This document shows, piece by piece, positions 13,007 to 23,500 of a DNA stretch of 64,000 nucleotides. Each line of letters starts with the position of its first letter. The stretch's first letter is position 1. Both the position numbers and the translations under genes were made by a program. The notes beneath the pieces are model-generated. The model ran no database searches. It was not told the origin of the DNA and was given only the letters and a program-made list of their open reading frames with translations. Origin of the DNA: Deltaproteobacteria bacterium (lineage in GTDB: Bacteria > Myxococcota_A > UBA9160 > SMWR01); contig JAQBGU010000095.1 of the NCBI GenBank assembly GCA_032128375.1, positions 1 through 64,000 on the forward strand. Direction: 5' to 3'.

Positions 13007-13423
13007 TCACTCGGCGGATTCGACGGTGATTCCCACTTCTTGGCCGAACGCGACTTCGAGCGTGTGGCCGTCCGGGTCACGGATGAACGCCCAGTAGCCG
13101 ACCGGAGGCCCGTAGTCCATCGGACCGGCGATCAGACAGCTCTCGTCGCGAGCGCGGTTCGTCAGCTCGTCGATCTCGTCGCGACTTCCACATGCGACAC
13201 CCAAGTGCGCGAATGGCACAATTGGAAACGCGACATCCTCGCTTTGGATCAGCACGATCGCGAACGGGCGTGTCTTGTCGCTGAGCCACACGACCTGCGG
13301 GCGCCGATGCACGATCTGCATCTTGGCGTACGCAGCGTAGAATTCGATGCTGGCTTCGAGATCGGTGACCGGCAGCGCAACGTGCGTCAATCCGACATCG
13401 ATTTCGCGCGTGTCGCGGTTCAA
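13007..13423 (-). CDS. VOC family protein
   Basis: GLTHVALPVTDLEASIEFY; AHLGV; DPDGHTLEV; TTG start with GGAGG RBS. Confidence 0.85.
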   Translation of the reverse strand: MNRDTREIDVGLTHVALPVTDLEASIEFYAAYAKMQIVHRRPQVVWLSDKTRPFAIVLIQSEDVAFPIVPFAHLGVACGSRDEIDELTNRARDESCLIAGPMDYGPPVGYWAFIRDPDGHTLEVAFGQEVGITVESAE

Positions 13424-13473
13424 GTCGGCCTCCGCTTCGTCCGTTTTTTTTGGGTCGAATCTGCTCGTATCGC

Positions 13474-13848
13474 TCAGAATCTGATCTTGCCACCCGGTGG
13501 CGGCTGGCCCGGTACGATGATCCGCGACGATTCTTGCCGCTGCATCTCACGCGCTTCGTCGATCATTCGTTCGACCGCCTCGCCTATCGCCTCGGGAAAT
13601 TTCTTCATCGCCTCGGTCATGTCGGCGGCCTCGATTGCGCAGCTCACCGGGATCGGCCCCATCTGCGACATCAGCTGCGTCTGGCCCTGGAACAGGGTCG
13701 GGCGAGCGGGGTCGCTACTTCCATCCGGCTTGACCGGTGTCAGCCGCCGAATCGTTGCAATCTTCAGATCGGTGAAAACCTCCTCGAGGTAGAGGTTGTC
13801 TTGATCGACGCTGATCTCTTCGAGCGGCGTGGCCGAGGGACTGCTCAC
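13474..13848 (-). CDS. Conserved hypothetical cytoplasmic protein
   Basis: NLYLEEVFTDLKIATIRRLTPVKPDGS...SSRIIVPG; RBS AGGAG before GTG. Confidence 0.75.
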   Translation of the reverse strand: MSSPSATPLEEISVDQDNLYLEEVFTDLKIATIRRLTPVKPDGSSDPARPTLFQGQTQLMSQMGPIPVSCAIEAADMTEAMKKFPEAIGEAVERMIDEAREMQRQESSRIIVPGQPPPGGKIRF

Positions 13849-13939
13849 TTTCGATCTCCTTTCGCGATTCATGGCACCTGACTCGTGACCGATGAGCCTA
13901 GGAGCGCGAGAGGGAGATCGCCAGCTCTACGCTGTCCGC

Positions 13940-15895
13940 TCAGCGCGCTTCGAAGAAGAATGGGCTCGACCAGGCGGTCGCGTCATTGCTTTGGACGACT
14001 CGGAGGTAGAGGTATTGCCCGGGGCGCATCTCGAATTCTGTTCGTTCGAAATGGAGTTCGGCACTACCGTCACCAGAAATCGATTCGATTGGGCCCGTCG
14101 AACCCACCAGATCGACGCGTGTGATCGGCTGTGTTCCGAAAACACTCACCACCAGCCGTGCGGTCCCGCTATCCGCTTCACCGAGATCGAAGCTCGACCC
14201 CATCGGCCTGCCATTGAGATGCGCTTGCAGCACGATCCGCGAGCCACTCGTCGCGTAGACCCGGCGCGCCCGCAGTGCTTCGAGAACGCTCTCACGGGTG
14301 AGTTGCTCCGCGGCAATCGCTGCCAGTCCGCCCGACGCGTAGCCGACATGCGTGATCCCGGGGTGACCGTCGTGTGTGTCTCCGCTGCCGATGAAGCCCA
14401 GCCGGTAGCCGCGGTCGAGCGCGTCGCGGACGAAGTTCCCGGTAACGGGGTTCTTGATCACGACAGGTGCATCCGGTGCCTCGCTGCTGCCGTGGATCGA
14501 AGTGACTTCGGTGACCGGTTCGAAATACGGGTCGGGTGGAATGCTCCAATCGGTCGCGATCGGACCTCCAGCCGAGTGATGCGCGAACGTCAAGGCCGCG
14601 GCGCGGGCGCTCCTGAGTGCGCCCCACAGCCGCGCAGGGGTTTCGAACGACGGGTTCATTGCGCTGAGCAGCTCGCCGCTGCTTTCGAAGTACAGCACGT
14701 GCCGATGGCCGAATATCCAGTTCGTCCATTCGAAACCCAACAGCGTGACGAATCGGCCCGGTTGATGGAAGGCCTGGTTCGTGCGCCGGATCATTTCCCA
14801 GCGCTCGGGTGACTCGTCGAGTTGCAGTGCGCCGAGATGGTCGTGGTCGGTCAGCGCAACGATATCGAGCCCGGCCGTGTCGCGCGCGTAGCGGAAGTAC
14901 TCTGCCGGACTGCCCGTTCCATCGGAAACCCCTGAATGCCCGTGCAGATCGCCCCAGAACAGCGGGGTCGCTTCGGCGCTCACGACGAGCGGGTTGCTGG
15001 TTGCGCGGAGCTGTCCGACGGCTGCGACGATGCGGTACACGCCCGGATCGACCGCCACGACCTCGAAGTGCGTCGAGCCGCTTTCGAGTGCGACACGCGT
15101 TGGAAACTGCAATCCTGCCGGTACGCTGTGCAATGCGACATCGGCGGATGGCGCTGTCGCGGCGTTGCGGTGCGCGTCGATCAGCGCCAGCGTCACGCGC
15201 GCAGGCTCGTTCGGAGCGGCCGTCGAGCGCGCGATGGCCAGTAGCTGGGTGGGCGGCCCGGCTCTGACTTCGATCGCCGGTGAATCGATCAGGTAGCTGT
15301 AGGATCCATCTCCGTCGCCATCGACGCCGATCCAAAACCGCGCTGCGCTTTCCGCGTAGCGATCCGGCAGCGCGAGCCCGGGCCCGGCGCCATAGCGGAT
15401 GCGGATGCGTTCGCCGGCCCGTAACGGCTCGGAGGGGAATCGGATCGTGAGCGACTTGCTTCCGTCAGTTGCTCCGTTGGCCTGTCCAGCGACAGGCGGA
15501 TCGAGTTCGACCACCGCCGTGGTCGTATCGACCAGCGTGTAACCCCGCGCGTCGGGTCGGTCGGTTTGCGGGATGCTCCAGCCGCCAATCTGCGGGAGTT
15601 GAAACAGGATCGACCCGCCGTGGGCAATCCCAAGACGTCCCGCTTCGAACACGATCTCGAAGCGATCGGGCGTCGCGCTGATCGCGTAGGGAAGCTGATC
15701 TGCCGCCCGCTCGAGCCAGGCGCGCCCAGCGCCGTCGGCGGGGTGACGGACCCGGTCGCGGAGCGCCCGAAGAGTCTCGAGCCGCTGCCATCGGGCCGTC
15801 TTCGGCTCGGACCTGTCGGGCGCAGGTTCGCCGTCGCAGCCGGCGGAGTTGCACAGCAGTGCGGCCAGCCCAATCGAGCCGATCGCGCGATGCAT
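13940..15895 (-). CDS. Exported PHP-like metallohydrolase (CehA/McbA / DUF3604-like)
   Basis: FWGDLHGHS, ALTDHD, GFEWT..GHRHV, GFIGSGDTHDGHPG, AWSSPFF; N-terminal signal ending AGC. Confidence 0.8.
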   Translation of the reverse strand: MHRAIGSIGLAALLCNSAGCDGEPAPDRSEPKTARWQRLETLRALRDRVRHPADGAGRAWLERAADQLPYAISATPDRFEIVFEAGRLGIAHGGSILFQLPQIGGWSIPQTDRPDARGYTLVDTTTAVVELDPPVAGQANGATDGSKSLTIRFPSEPLRAGERIRIRYGAGPGLALPDRYAESAARFWIGVDGDGDGSYSYLIDSPAIEVRAGPPTQLLAIARSTAAPNEPARVTLALIDAHRNAATAPSADVALHSVPAGLQFPTRVALESGSTHFEVVAVDPGVYRIVAAVGQLRATSNPLVVSAEATPLFWGDLHGHSGVSDGTGSPAEYFRYARDTAGLDIVALTDHDHLGALQLDESPERWEMIRRTNQAFHQPGRFVTLLGFEWTNWIFGHRHVLYFESSGELLSAMNPSFETPARLWGALRSARAAALTFAHHSAGGPIATDWSIPPDPYFEPVTEVTSIHGSSEAPDAPVVIKNPVTGNFVRDALDRGYRLGFIGSGDTHDGHPGITHVGYASGGLAAIAAEQLTRESVLEALRARRVYATSGSRIVLQAHLNGRPMGSSFDLGEADSGTARLVVSVFGTQPITRVDLVGSTGPIESISGDGSAELHFERTEFEMRPGQYLYLRVVQSNDATAWSSPFFFEAR

Positions 15896-16463
15896 ATTGC
15901 CGACGACAAAGGACCGGAAAGCCGACCGCTCTTGGTGCACTTTCGCGCGTTTTGCGCGGCTCGACGGCGGGGCTTTCATGAAGTCGAGTTACACGCCCGC
16001 GCCGATTGGCGCAAATCGCGCGAACATGGGTTCGATGCAGAATGACTGGCGGCACGGCTAGGGAGCCATCCAACAGGAAGTGAGCTGCGCAGAAGGGGTC
16101 CAACAGGCCAAGGCGAAAGGGTCGGGAACGCCGGCCGACCCAATTTTCCCAGTCGGCGACGCAGCACCCGACTGCGCGTTCGGTCCCGAAGACAGCTTTC
16201 AGGCCGCTGCGGACGCAGCCGGCGAAGCACCCGGCCCAAACGTTTGACTCGTGAGAGCGGACCGCGCGTTCAATCCGGAACCTACCGGCACGCGCAGCGA
16301 AGTCGTAGTTCGCAGTTAGTTCAGCGTGAGTCCGAAATGGGTTCGGACGCGCAGTTCGATGCCGGTACGGAACATCTCGACCCGGTCGTTACGAGGAAAA
16401 TTCGGGAGGTATGCAAGGCTGGGGGCTGGCGGAGATCGCCGGTTCGATCCAGTTTCCCGGCTG

Positions 16464-18164
16464 ATGGACGCATCGAGACTCGACCCGGACCAGCGCCGAA
16501 TGGCGCTTCGCGCGCTCGCAGAGCGGAGCTTCGACATCGCGATCGTCGGCGGAGGCGTGACCGGCTGCGGGGCCGCGCTCGACGCCGCTTCGCGTGGCCT
16601 GTCAGTCGCATTGATCGAAAAGCGCGATTGGTCGGCCGGCACTTCGAGTCGTTCGAGTAAGTTGATTCACGGTGGCCTCCGATACCTCGAGCAACTTCAT
16701 TTCGGGTTGGTGCGTGAAGCGCGCTCGGAACAGGCGCTGTTGATCACCCGGCTGTGCCCACATTTGGTGCGACCGGTGCGCTTCCTGTTTCCGCTGACGC
16801 ACCGCTTCTGGGAGCGGCTCTACGTAGGTGCGGGTGTGTGGTTGTACGATTCGATCGGCGGCAAACGAGTGCTGCCGCGTCATCGCCATCTGTCGCGTGC
16901 CACGGCACTCGCGGAGTTCCCATCGCTGCGTGACGACGCGCTGATCGGTGGGATCCAGTATTTCGATGCGCAGGTCGATGACGCACGACACACGATGATG
17001 TTGGCACGCAGCGCCGCGCAGTGTGGCGCGGTGGTGGCGACCAGCGTGCGCGCGGTCGGCTTCGAGAAGGCGAATGGCCAGGTGACCGGGGTGAGGGCCC
17101 GCTGCCTCGAGACCGGCGAGTCGTTCGATATCTCCGCGAAGCAGGTGATCAACGCCACCGGTGTCTGGACCGAAGGGGTGCACGGGATGGCCGGCGGCGA
17201 CCATCTGCGCGTGCGGGCTTCGAAGGGAGTCCATCTGCTGGTGGATCGCGATCGGATCCACGCCGACAGTGGCCTGATCCTGAGAACCGCGAGCAGTGTG
17301 CTGTTCGTGATCCCGTGGGGCGCGCATTGGATCATCGGCACGACCGACACCAACTGGGCTCTCGACCTCGACCATCCCGCGGCGAGTGGCCGGGACATCG
17401 ACTATCTGCTCGACTGCGTGAACACGGTGCTGCGAGAGCCCTTGTGCCACGATGACATCGTTGGCGTCTACGCGGGGCTGCGGCCGCTTCTGTACGGAGA
17501 AGACGATGCGACGAGCAAGTTGTCTCGCGAGCACGCTGTGTCGACCGCGGATTCTGGCTTGATTAGCGTTGCCGGTGGCAAGTACACCACCTATCGGTTG
17601 ATGGCGAAAGACGCGGTGGATCTGGCGGTGAGTCGCTTGCCGACGCGGGTACCCGATTCGCAAACGCATCAGTTGCCGTTGTTGGGTGCCGAGGGGTACA
17701 CAGCGCTCCGCGATCGACGCGAACAGTTGGCTCGCGACTCGGGCGTCTCGGTCGAGTGTGTCACGCGCTTGTTGGAACGCTACGGTGTGTTGGCCATCGA
17801 ACTACTCGATCGGATCGCCGAGAGGCCCGATCTCGGTGAACCGCTCGAAGGGGCCCAGCGGTACCTGCGCGTCGAGGCGCTCTACGCTGCGACCGACGAA
17901 GGCGCTCTTCATCTCGACGATGTGCTGACGCGTCGCACGAGGATATCGATCGAAACTCCCGATCGTGGCCTTTGCGCGGCTCGCTCAGTTTGCGACCTCG
18001 TTCGCGATGTTTTGGGCTGGGACGAAGAGGACGCGCAACGTGAAATCGCCCACTACGAGGCGCGCGTCAGTGCCGAACGAGAATCACAGACCCAGCGGGA
18101 CGATCTCACCGCTGACGCGGCCCGGCTCGGCGCGCCGGATGTACGCACAGCCAGTACGCGCTAA
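16464..18164 (+). CDS. glpD: FAD-dependent glycerol-3-phosphate dehydrogenase
   Basis: IVGGGVTG, GTSSRSSKLIHGGLRYLE, INATGVW, SKGVH, GTTD, YAGLRPL, GGKYTTYR. Confidence 0.93.
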   Translation: MDASRLDPDQRRMALRALAERSFDIAIVGGGVTGCGAALDAASRGLSVALIEKRDWSAGTSSRSSKLIHGGLRYLEQLHFGLVREARSEQALLITRLCPHLVRPVRFLFPLTHRFWERLYVGAGVWLYDSIGGKRVLPRHRHLSRATALAEFPSLRDDALIGGIQYFDAQVDDARHTMMLARSAAQCGAVVATSVRAVGFEKANGQVTGVRARCLETGESFDISAKQVINATGVWTEGVHGMAGGDHLRVRASKGVHLLVDRDRIHADSGLILRTASSVLFVIPWGAHWIIGTTDTNWALDLDHPAASGRDIDYLLDCVNTVLREPLCHDDIVGVYAGLRPLLYGEDDATSKLSREHAVSTADSGLISVAGGKYTTYRLMAKDAVDLAVSRLPTRVPDSQTHQLPLLGAEGYTALRDRREQLARDSGVSVECVTRLLERYGVLAIELLDRIAERPDLGEPLEGAQRYLRVEALYAATDEGALHLDDVLTRRTRISIETPDRGLCAARSVCDLVRDVLGWDEEDAQREIAHYEARVSAERESQTQRDDLTADAARLGAPDVRTASTR

Positions 18165-18176
18165 TCTCATCATCTT

Positions 18177-18785
18177 CTACATCGCCTTCTGGATGTAGTA
18201 CCTCACCAGTTCGAAGCGGTCGTTGCCCCAGAACATCTTGTCGCCAACGAGCAGGGCCGGGGCCCCGAAGACGCCGAGGTCGATCGCGGAGCGTGAATCG
18301 GCTTCGAGCCGATCGCGAATCTCGTCGGATTGGGCTCGCGCGAGTGCTGCGTCCCCATCCAAGCCTGCTCCGGCCAAGAGCCCGCGCACGACATCGCCAT
18401 CAGCGATGTCGCGAGCTTCTGCCCATCGCGCGCGATACGCGGGATAGTGGAACTGGCGGAACTTGCCCGCGTCCTTTGCGACCAGCGCGGCCTGCATCAA
18501 CAAACGCGGGCTCGGTCGGCTGTTGCGAGCGTCCATCGAGAACTCGGCACCGCACAACTCGGCCCAGTTGCGCAGATCGTTGGCGTAGTTCTTCATCTTG
18601 CGCGGTCCGAGCGTGGGCGGCTTTACGCCCTCGGGCAGCGGGTCGGGCGACTTCTCGACGATGATGCTCAACAGCGCGGGTCGAAAATCGATCTCGACGC
18701 CGAGATCTTTGAAATAGGACTCGGCTCGGCAACTGCCGAGGTAAGCCCAGGGTCAGGCGTAGTCGAAGTAGAAGGGAAGTTGCAC
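18177..18785 (-). CDS. DsbA/GST-kappa (2-hydroxychromene-2-carboxylate isomerase-like) protein with in-frame UGA; probable selenoprotein
   Basis: GGAGG RBS then GTG; reads MQLPFYFDYA*PWAYLG with TGA at 18753-18755, in frame with the 164-aa ORF; C-terminal GVFGAP...FWGNDR. Confidence 0.8.
18725..18740 (-). promoter_or_regulatory. Candidate bacterial SECIS hairpin
   Basis: mRNA CUCGGC-AGUU-GCCGAG starts 12 nt after the UGA; G/U in the apical loop. Confidence 0.6.
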
Positions 18786-18922
18786 CGGTAAATCCTCCGC
18801 TGCGCGGCCGAATCGGCCCCGTTTCCGTGAGACGTCTCGAATGTGTTGACCGAGGGCGGTTGTCGAGATGCATTATCGCTCGAGAATCCACCGATGTCGC
18901 GTGTCCATTTCAGCAAGTGGGC

Positions 18923-19462
18923 TCAGTCCGCCGAATCGCGCGCCTGGTTCGCCCGCGCCTGATCGCAGAAGACGCCGAAGACCAGTGACCTCTGGTTGGG
19001 TTCCACCGGTCGTCCGATCAGATCCGCAACGTAGGACCATTCCCACCCGACGAGTCGATCTTCGAAGAAGACGAGCGGTTCGAACCGGATTCGGCCCTGC
19101 AGAAACGGGCATTTCGATCTGCGCTCGATCTCCACGAAAAAGCGCACCACCTCGTATCTCTCACCGATGACCGATTCGACGTTCTGGCTGTCGAACGGAT
19201 TGCTGACGCTTTCCGGCACATCACCGAGATCGGTTCGCCACGGTGGGATGACCTCGGTCGATCCCAAGGTGTCCATCGCCGTGGAGCGGGACATTCCGAA
19301 CTCCAGCGTTTCGCGGGCGCGCAGCGTGCGGCACGCGATTCCGCTCGCATCCTCACCCACGCGACACTTCCCGGGCGACGAGCATCCCAGCGCGCCCAAC
19401 ACGAAAAAGGCGGCGAACCAAGCGAGCCTCTGACGTGATGCACCGGCGAAATGCGGCGTCAT
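18923..19462 (-). CDS. Hypothetical lipoprotein (DUF3192-like)
   Basis: Lipobox ALGC; LEFGMSR...LG; PLVFFEDRLVGW. Confidence 0.6.
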   Translation of the reverse strand: MTPHFAGASRQRLAWFAAFFVLGALGCSSPGKCRVGEDASGIACRTLRARETLEFGMSRSTAMDTLGSTEVIPPWRTDLGDVPESVSNPFDSQNVESVIGERYEVVRFFVEIERRSKCPFLQGRIRFEPLVFFEDRLVGWEWSYVADLIGRPVEPNQRSLVFGVFCDQARANQARDSAD

Positions 19463-19467
19463 GTCGG

Positions 19468-20421
19468 CTACGGCTCGAGGACGACTTTGATCGCGCCACT
19501 GCTGCGCTGTGCGGCTATCTCGAACGCTTCCGGTGCGGCTTCGAGCGGCATCCGGTGGGTGATCAGAGTCCGTGCGATTTCCGGGTTGCGGGCCAGGATC
19601 GTCGCAGCTGCATCGACATCTCGCACGGGACCCCGCTGCGCGTACATCGACGATGCCACGATCGTAATCGCCTTTCCAGTCACCCCGAATGATGGCAGCG
19701 TCAAGCCCGCCCAGTAGGTTGCCAAAAGCAGCAGCGTACCGCCTGGCCGCAGCGAATCGACGCAGCGTTTCAACGATTGGGTCGTGCCCGCACAATCGAT
19801 GGCCAGGTCGTATTCGCTGCGGGCCGCGTCCGATTCCCCGCCACCGCTTGCGCCCAATCTGCGGCCGGCCTCGCGCTGCGGTTGATGCCGCGCGTCGAGG
19901 TGAACCGCCAAGCCACTGGCGCTACCCGCCGCCACCGCACACAAGCCGATCGCGCCGCCGCCGACCACCAACGCGGTGCGAGCAGCTATCGACTGGACGC
20001 GCGCCAGCCCGCAAGCCGCAACAGCCAGTGGTTCGATCAGGCACGCATCCCGAACGTCGATCCCAGCGGGCAGCGGAACCAAGCAACGCTGCGGGACGCG
20101 AATTTCTCGCGTCATTCCCCCGTCGCGTCCGACGCCCATGACCATCTGGGGCCCGGTGCGGCACAGGTTGTAGTCTCCGGTCGTACAGAAGTCGCAGCTC
20201 CCACAGGGCAGGAGTGGTTCGATCGCCACCGCGGTGCCGTCCGATAGCTCGCCGGCGATTTCGTGCCCGAGCGTGTGTGTGACTGGAAAGCCGCCGGCGA
20301 TCATGTGCAGGTCCGAACCGCAGATTCCGGCCGAACGGACGCGAACCGCGATCCCCTCGCCACAGGGCTCGGGGACGTCGACCAGTTGCACACGACCCCC
20401 CGAACAGCGAACCGCATGCAT
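19468..20421 (-). CDS. Zinc-dependent alcohol dehydrogenase (MDR family)
   Basis: GICGSDLH, GHE, CGSCDFC...NLC, GGGAIG. Confidence 0.92.
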   Translation of the reverse strand: MHAVRCSGGRVQLVDVPEPCGEGIAVRVRSAGICGSDLHMIAGGFPVTHTLGHEIAGELSDGTAVAIEPLLPCGSCDFCTTGDYNLCRTGPQMVMGVGRDGGMTREIRVPQRCLVPLPAGIDVRDACLIEPLAVAACGLARVQSIAARTALVVGGGAIGLCAVAAGSASGLAVHLDARHQPQREAGRRLGASGGGESDAARSEYDLAIDCAGTTQSLKRCVDSLRPGGTLLLLATYWAGLTLPSFGVTGKAITIVASSMYAQRGPVRDVDAAATILARNPEIARTLITHRMPLEAAPEAFEIAAQRSSGAIKVVLEP

Positions 20422-20556
20422 GGTTGTCTCCTCGATGTTCTTCGATTGCTTCGCGCAGTCTACCCGTTCCGATCCACAACAATGACCGGCGTGACCCGCG
20501 CGATCTGGAATCGCGTCGGAACACGCGAAGATTCGGAAGCAGCGCTGGCGCTAATC

Positions 20557-23500
20557 CTAGGGAGCGCCGGATATCGGATCGACAAACGGCAGAACGTCGC
20601 GTCCCGACGGGCCGGGTGGCCGTCCGAAGTGAGCCACCAAGAATCCGAAGTCGGGAAAACCCACGAACCCGTCTCCGTCGTGGTCGAATACTTCGTCAGT
20701 CGACCTGAATGCAGTGGCGAACCGGGAGAAGTCGCCGAACCCGACGATCCCGTCATTGTCATAGTCCGCGTCACAGGCGTTGCCAAAACCGTCTTCGTCC
20801 CCATCGCGCTGCAGTGCGTCTCGGACAAACACGCAGCCGTCTTCGCCATTGGCCAAGCCATCGTTGTCGGCGTCGCCGACCGACTTGAAACACGGGTAGG
20901 TGCCTGCGCAGTCCAGGCCCGAGGGACCGACTGGCCCACCCGACTGATCGACCATACACATCTGATCGATCGCATCGATTCGAGCGTCGCCGTTGCAATC
21001 TGCGTCGGGCTCGTAACCGGGGCCGCCGATCGTCGTGCCGAGCGATGCCTCGAGCAAACACCAGTCCGAATCGACGCCGGTGCAATCGCCGCCGGGCATA
21101 CCGGTGATCTCGCCATCGCCATTGAGATCGCCATCGCACGCATTGCCGTAGCCATCGCCATCGGTATCGATCTGGTTGCCGACGCACGGGGGGGCGGCGC
21201 AGCCGCTGGTCGGTGCCTGATCGACGCCGTTGTCGACCCACGGGCAATTGTCTTGGATGTCGAACCAGCCGTCTGCGTCTGTGTCGGGAATCGGGGTCGC
21301 GGTAAACCGCGCGCGCGCCGAGCCGACTTCGATCGTCCGGCTGAGTTGTTGCGGGTACGCGAGAATCGAGATCTCTACGTCGTATTCACCGACCTCATTG
21401 ACAGAAAACTTCGCGAAGGTGGGCGACGCGGCAGCCAAGAACAGCCCGATCAGCGAGCGTTCCGACAGATCGCGTTCTCCGACGGCGTTCACCTCGCCCA
21501 ATTCGAGAAATTTCACGGATCCCAGCACCGGCTCGTCGGATTGTCCGGCTTTCTTGACCGTGAAGACAAGCAGCCGCAATCCTTCGATCAGATCGAAGTC
21601 AACGCGCGCGGCAACCGTGGTGCGCGCGAAGGCCGACGGCCCTGGGACGATTCGTGTGACCGGGTTCGCAGGGAGAACCTCGATCACGTTGATGATGTCG
21701 GTCGTGAATACTTGATGCCTTTTCGTACTCTTCTTCTTCTTGTTCTTCGTGTTGTTGTTCTTGTTGTCTTCGTCGGTGTCAGGTGCAGGTTCGGTTTGGA
21801 TCGAGGCGTGAACCCGGTAGCGTCCCGGCTCCGGAAGTCGAATCGTTTGCGACACCAGGCCGATTGCAGCAGGCAGGGGTTGGGGCTTCGCCAGGTCGAC
21901 TTCCTGACCATCGAGCCAGCCGATGATCTTCTTTCGATCCGGATCGTCCGCGTCCAGCATCGCCCACTGGGCTCTCGCAATTGGGGCGACTGGCGAAGCC
22001 AGGTCGAAGCTGAGCGAAAACGACTCGATGTCCGCCACATTGAAGTTTTCCGGTACGACGTAGATTCTGGGATCGGCTGGTGGTTGCGCCACGCGATCCT
22101 CGTCGACGTTGCCGGTACCTCTCGGATTCGAGCGGTACATCCGCCACTCGCGCGGCAGCTCCGCCGCGGCATCCGGGAGGTCCCACACGTGGACGTTTCG
22201 GGTGAACGCGACCACCTCGCGATCGCCGTCGGAATCGAGGTCTGCGACGATGGGTGGCGCCGCCAGGCCCAATAGATCCTGGACCGGAGAATCGGCGGCG
22301 TACTCGCCGGTAGCGATCGGCCAACCCTGCGTTGCAAGTTCGTGTCCGGCGATGTTCCACGCGTGCACCTTTCGGTCACCTGTCACCGCAACGATGTCGA
22401 GTGCTCCATCGCCATCGATGTCGGCGAGGGCCGCAGTGGTATTGGCCGGCCCATCGAGCACGATCGGCCAGCCATCGAGCGCCACACCCCGGTGGTCGAG
22501 CACGTGAATGCTCCCGGCGCGATCCCCAATGACGACCTCGAGCGCGCCGTCTCTGTCGAGGTCGGCCAAAGCGGCAATCGACGCATCGCAGCACGCCACG
22601 CGGATCGGCCAGCCTTCGAGCGCGAGACCGTTGCTCGCGAACGCGTATACCGCGTCTGTGGACGGAACGACGATGTCCAGCTCCCCGTCACCATCGAGAT
22701 CTCCGACGCTCGGTGCGGTGTACTCGAAGAAGTTGTTGACCCGGAAGTTCTGGGGCCATATCGGCGCGGGCTGTCCCGTATGGTCCACCACGGAAATCTG
22801 TCCAGTGGAACCCAACAAGATAATCTCCGCGTGAGCGTCGCCATCAAGATCGGCTACGGTTGGAATCGTCAAGCAGGCGTGCGCGAACGCGCGACTGAAG
22901 ATCAACGAGCCGTCTCCCCGATACACATCGAGCTGGCAAGGAGACCGGCTCAGGCCATCCGAATCCAACACAATCACATCCAATGCGCCGTCGTCATCGA
23001 TATCGGCCAGCACCGGTGTTGCGGTTCGTCCGATCGAGCCCGGGAAGCGAAGGGCCTTGGGCCAACCGGGCATCGACTGCCCGTCTTGTCCAAAGACATG
23101 GATTGCCCCCCCACCCGCGAATGCGTCGCTGTAAATCAAGACGACTTCATTCTCTGCGTCCCCGTCGATATCCCCGATCGATGGAGCGCCGTGAAAGCCC
23201 TGGAATAGCGACGGTGAGAACGGGTAGTCGGTGAAGAATCCGAGCGGGTGGTTTACGATCGAGGTGCCATCGTGGTGCCACGCATAGGGACCGAGCAAGA
23301 TCTCCAGGTCGCCGTCGCCGTCGAGGTCTCCGACGACCGGGATCATCGGAATCAGTTGCGTCAAGCCGTGCGGCGGCAGCTGCGGCCAGCCGGACATCTC
23401 CGGCGGGTCGAATCCGTCTACCTCGATTTGAACCCGCGATTCGTACTCGCGGTCGAGATCGTCGACTACCACCAGCCTCAGCGAATACTCCCCGTCCGGC

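Noticed and set aside
16185..16370. Possible glycine riboswitch (CCGAAG...CTTTCAGG) or tmRNA/6S-like fragments
   Set aside because: Only short partial motifs; the remaining conserved elements and terminal pairings are missing.
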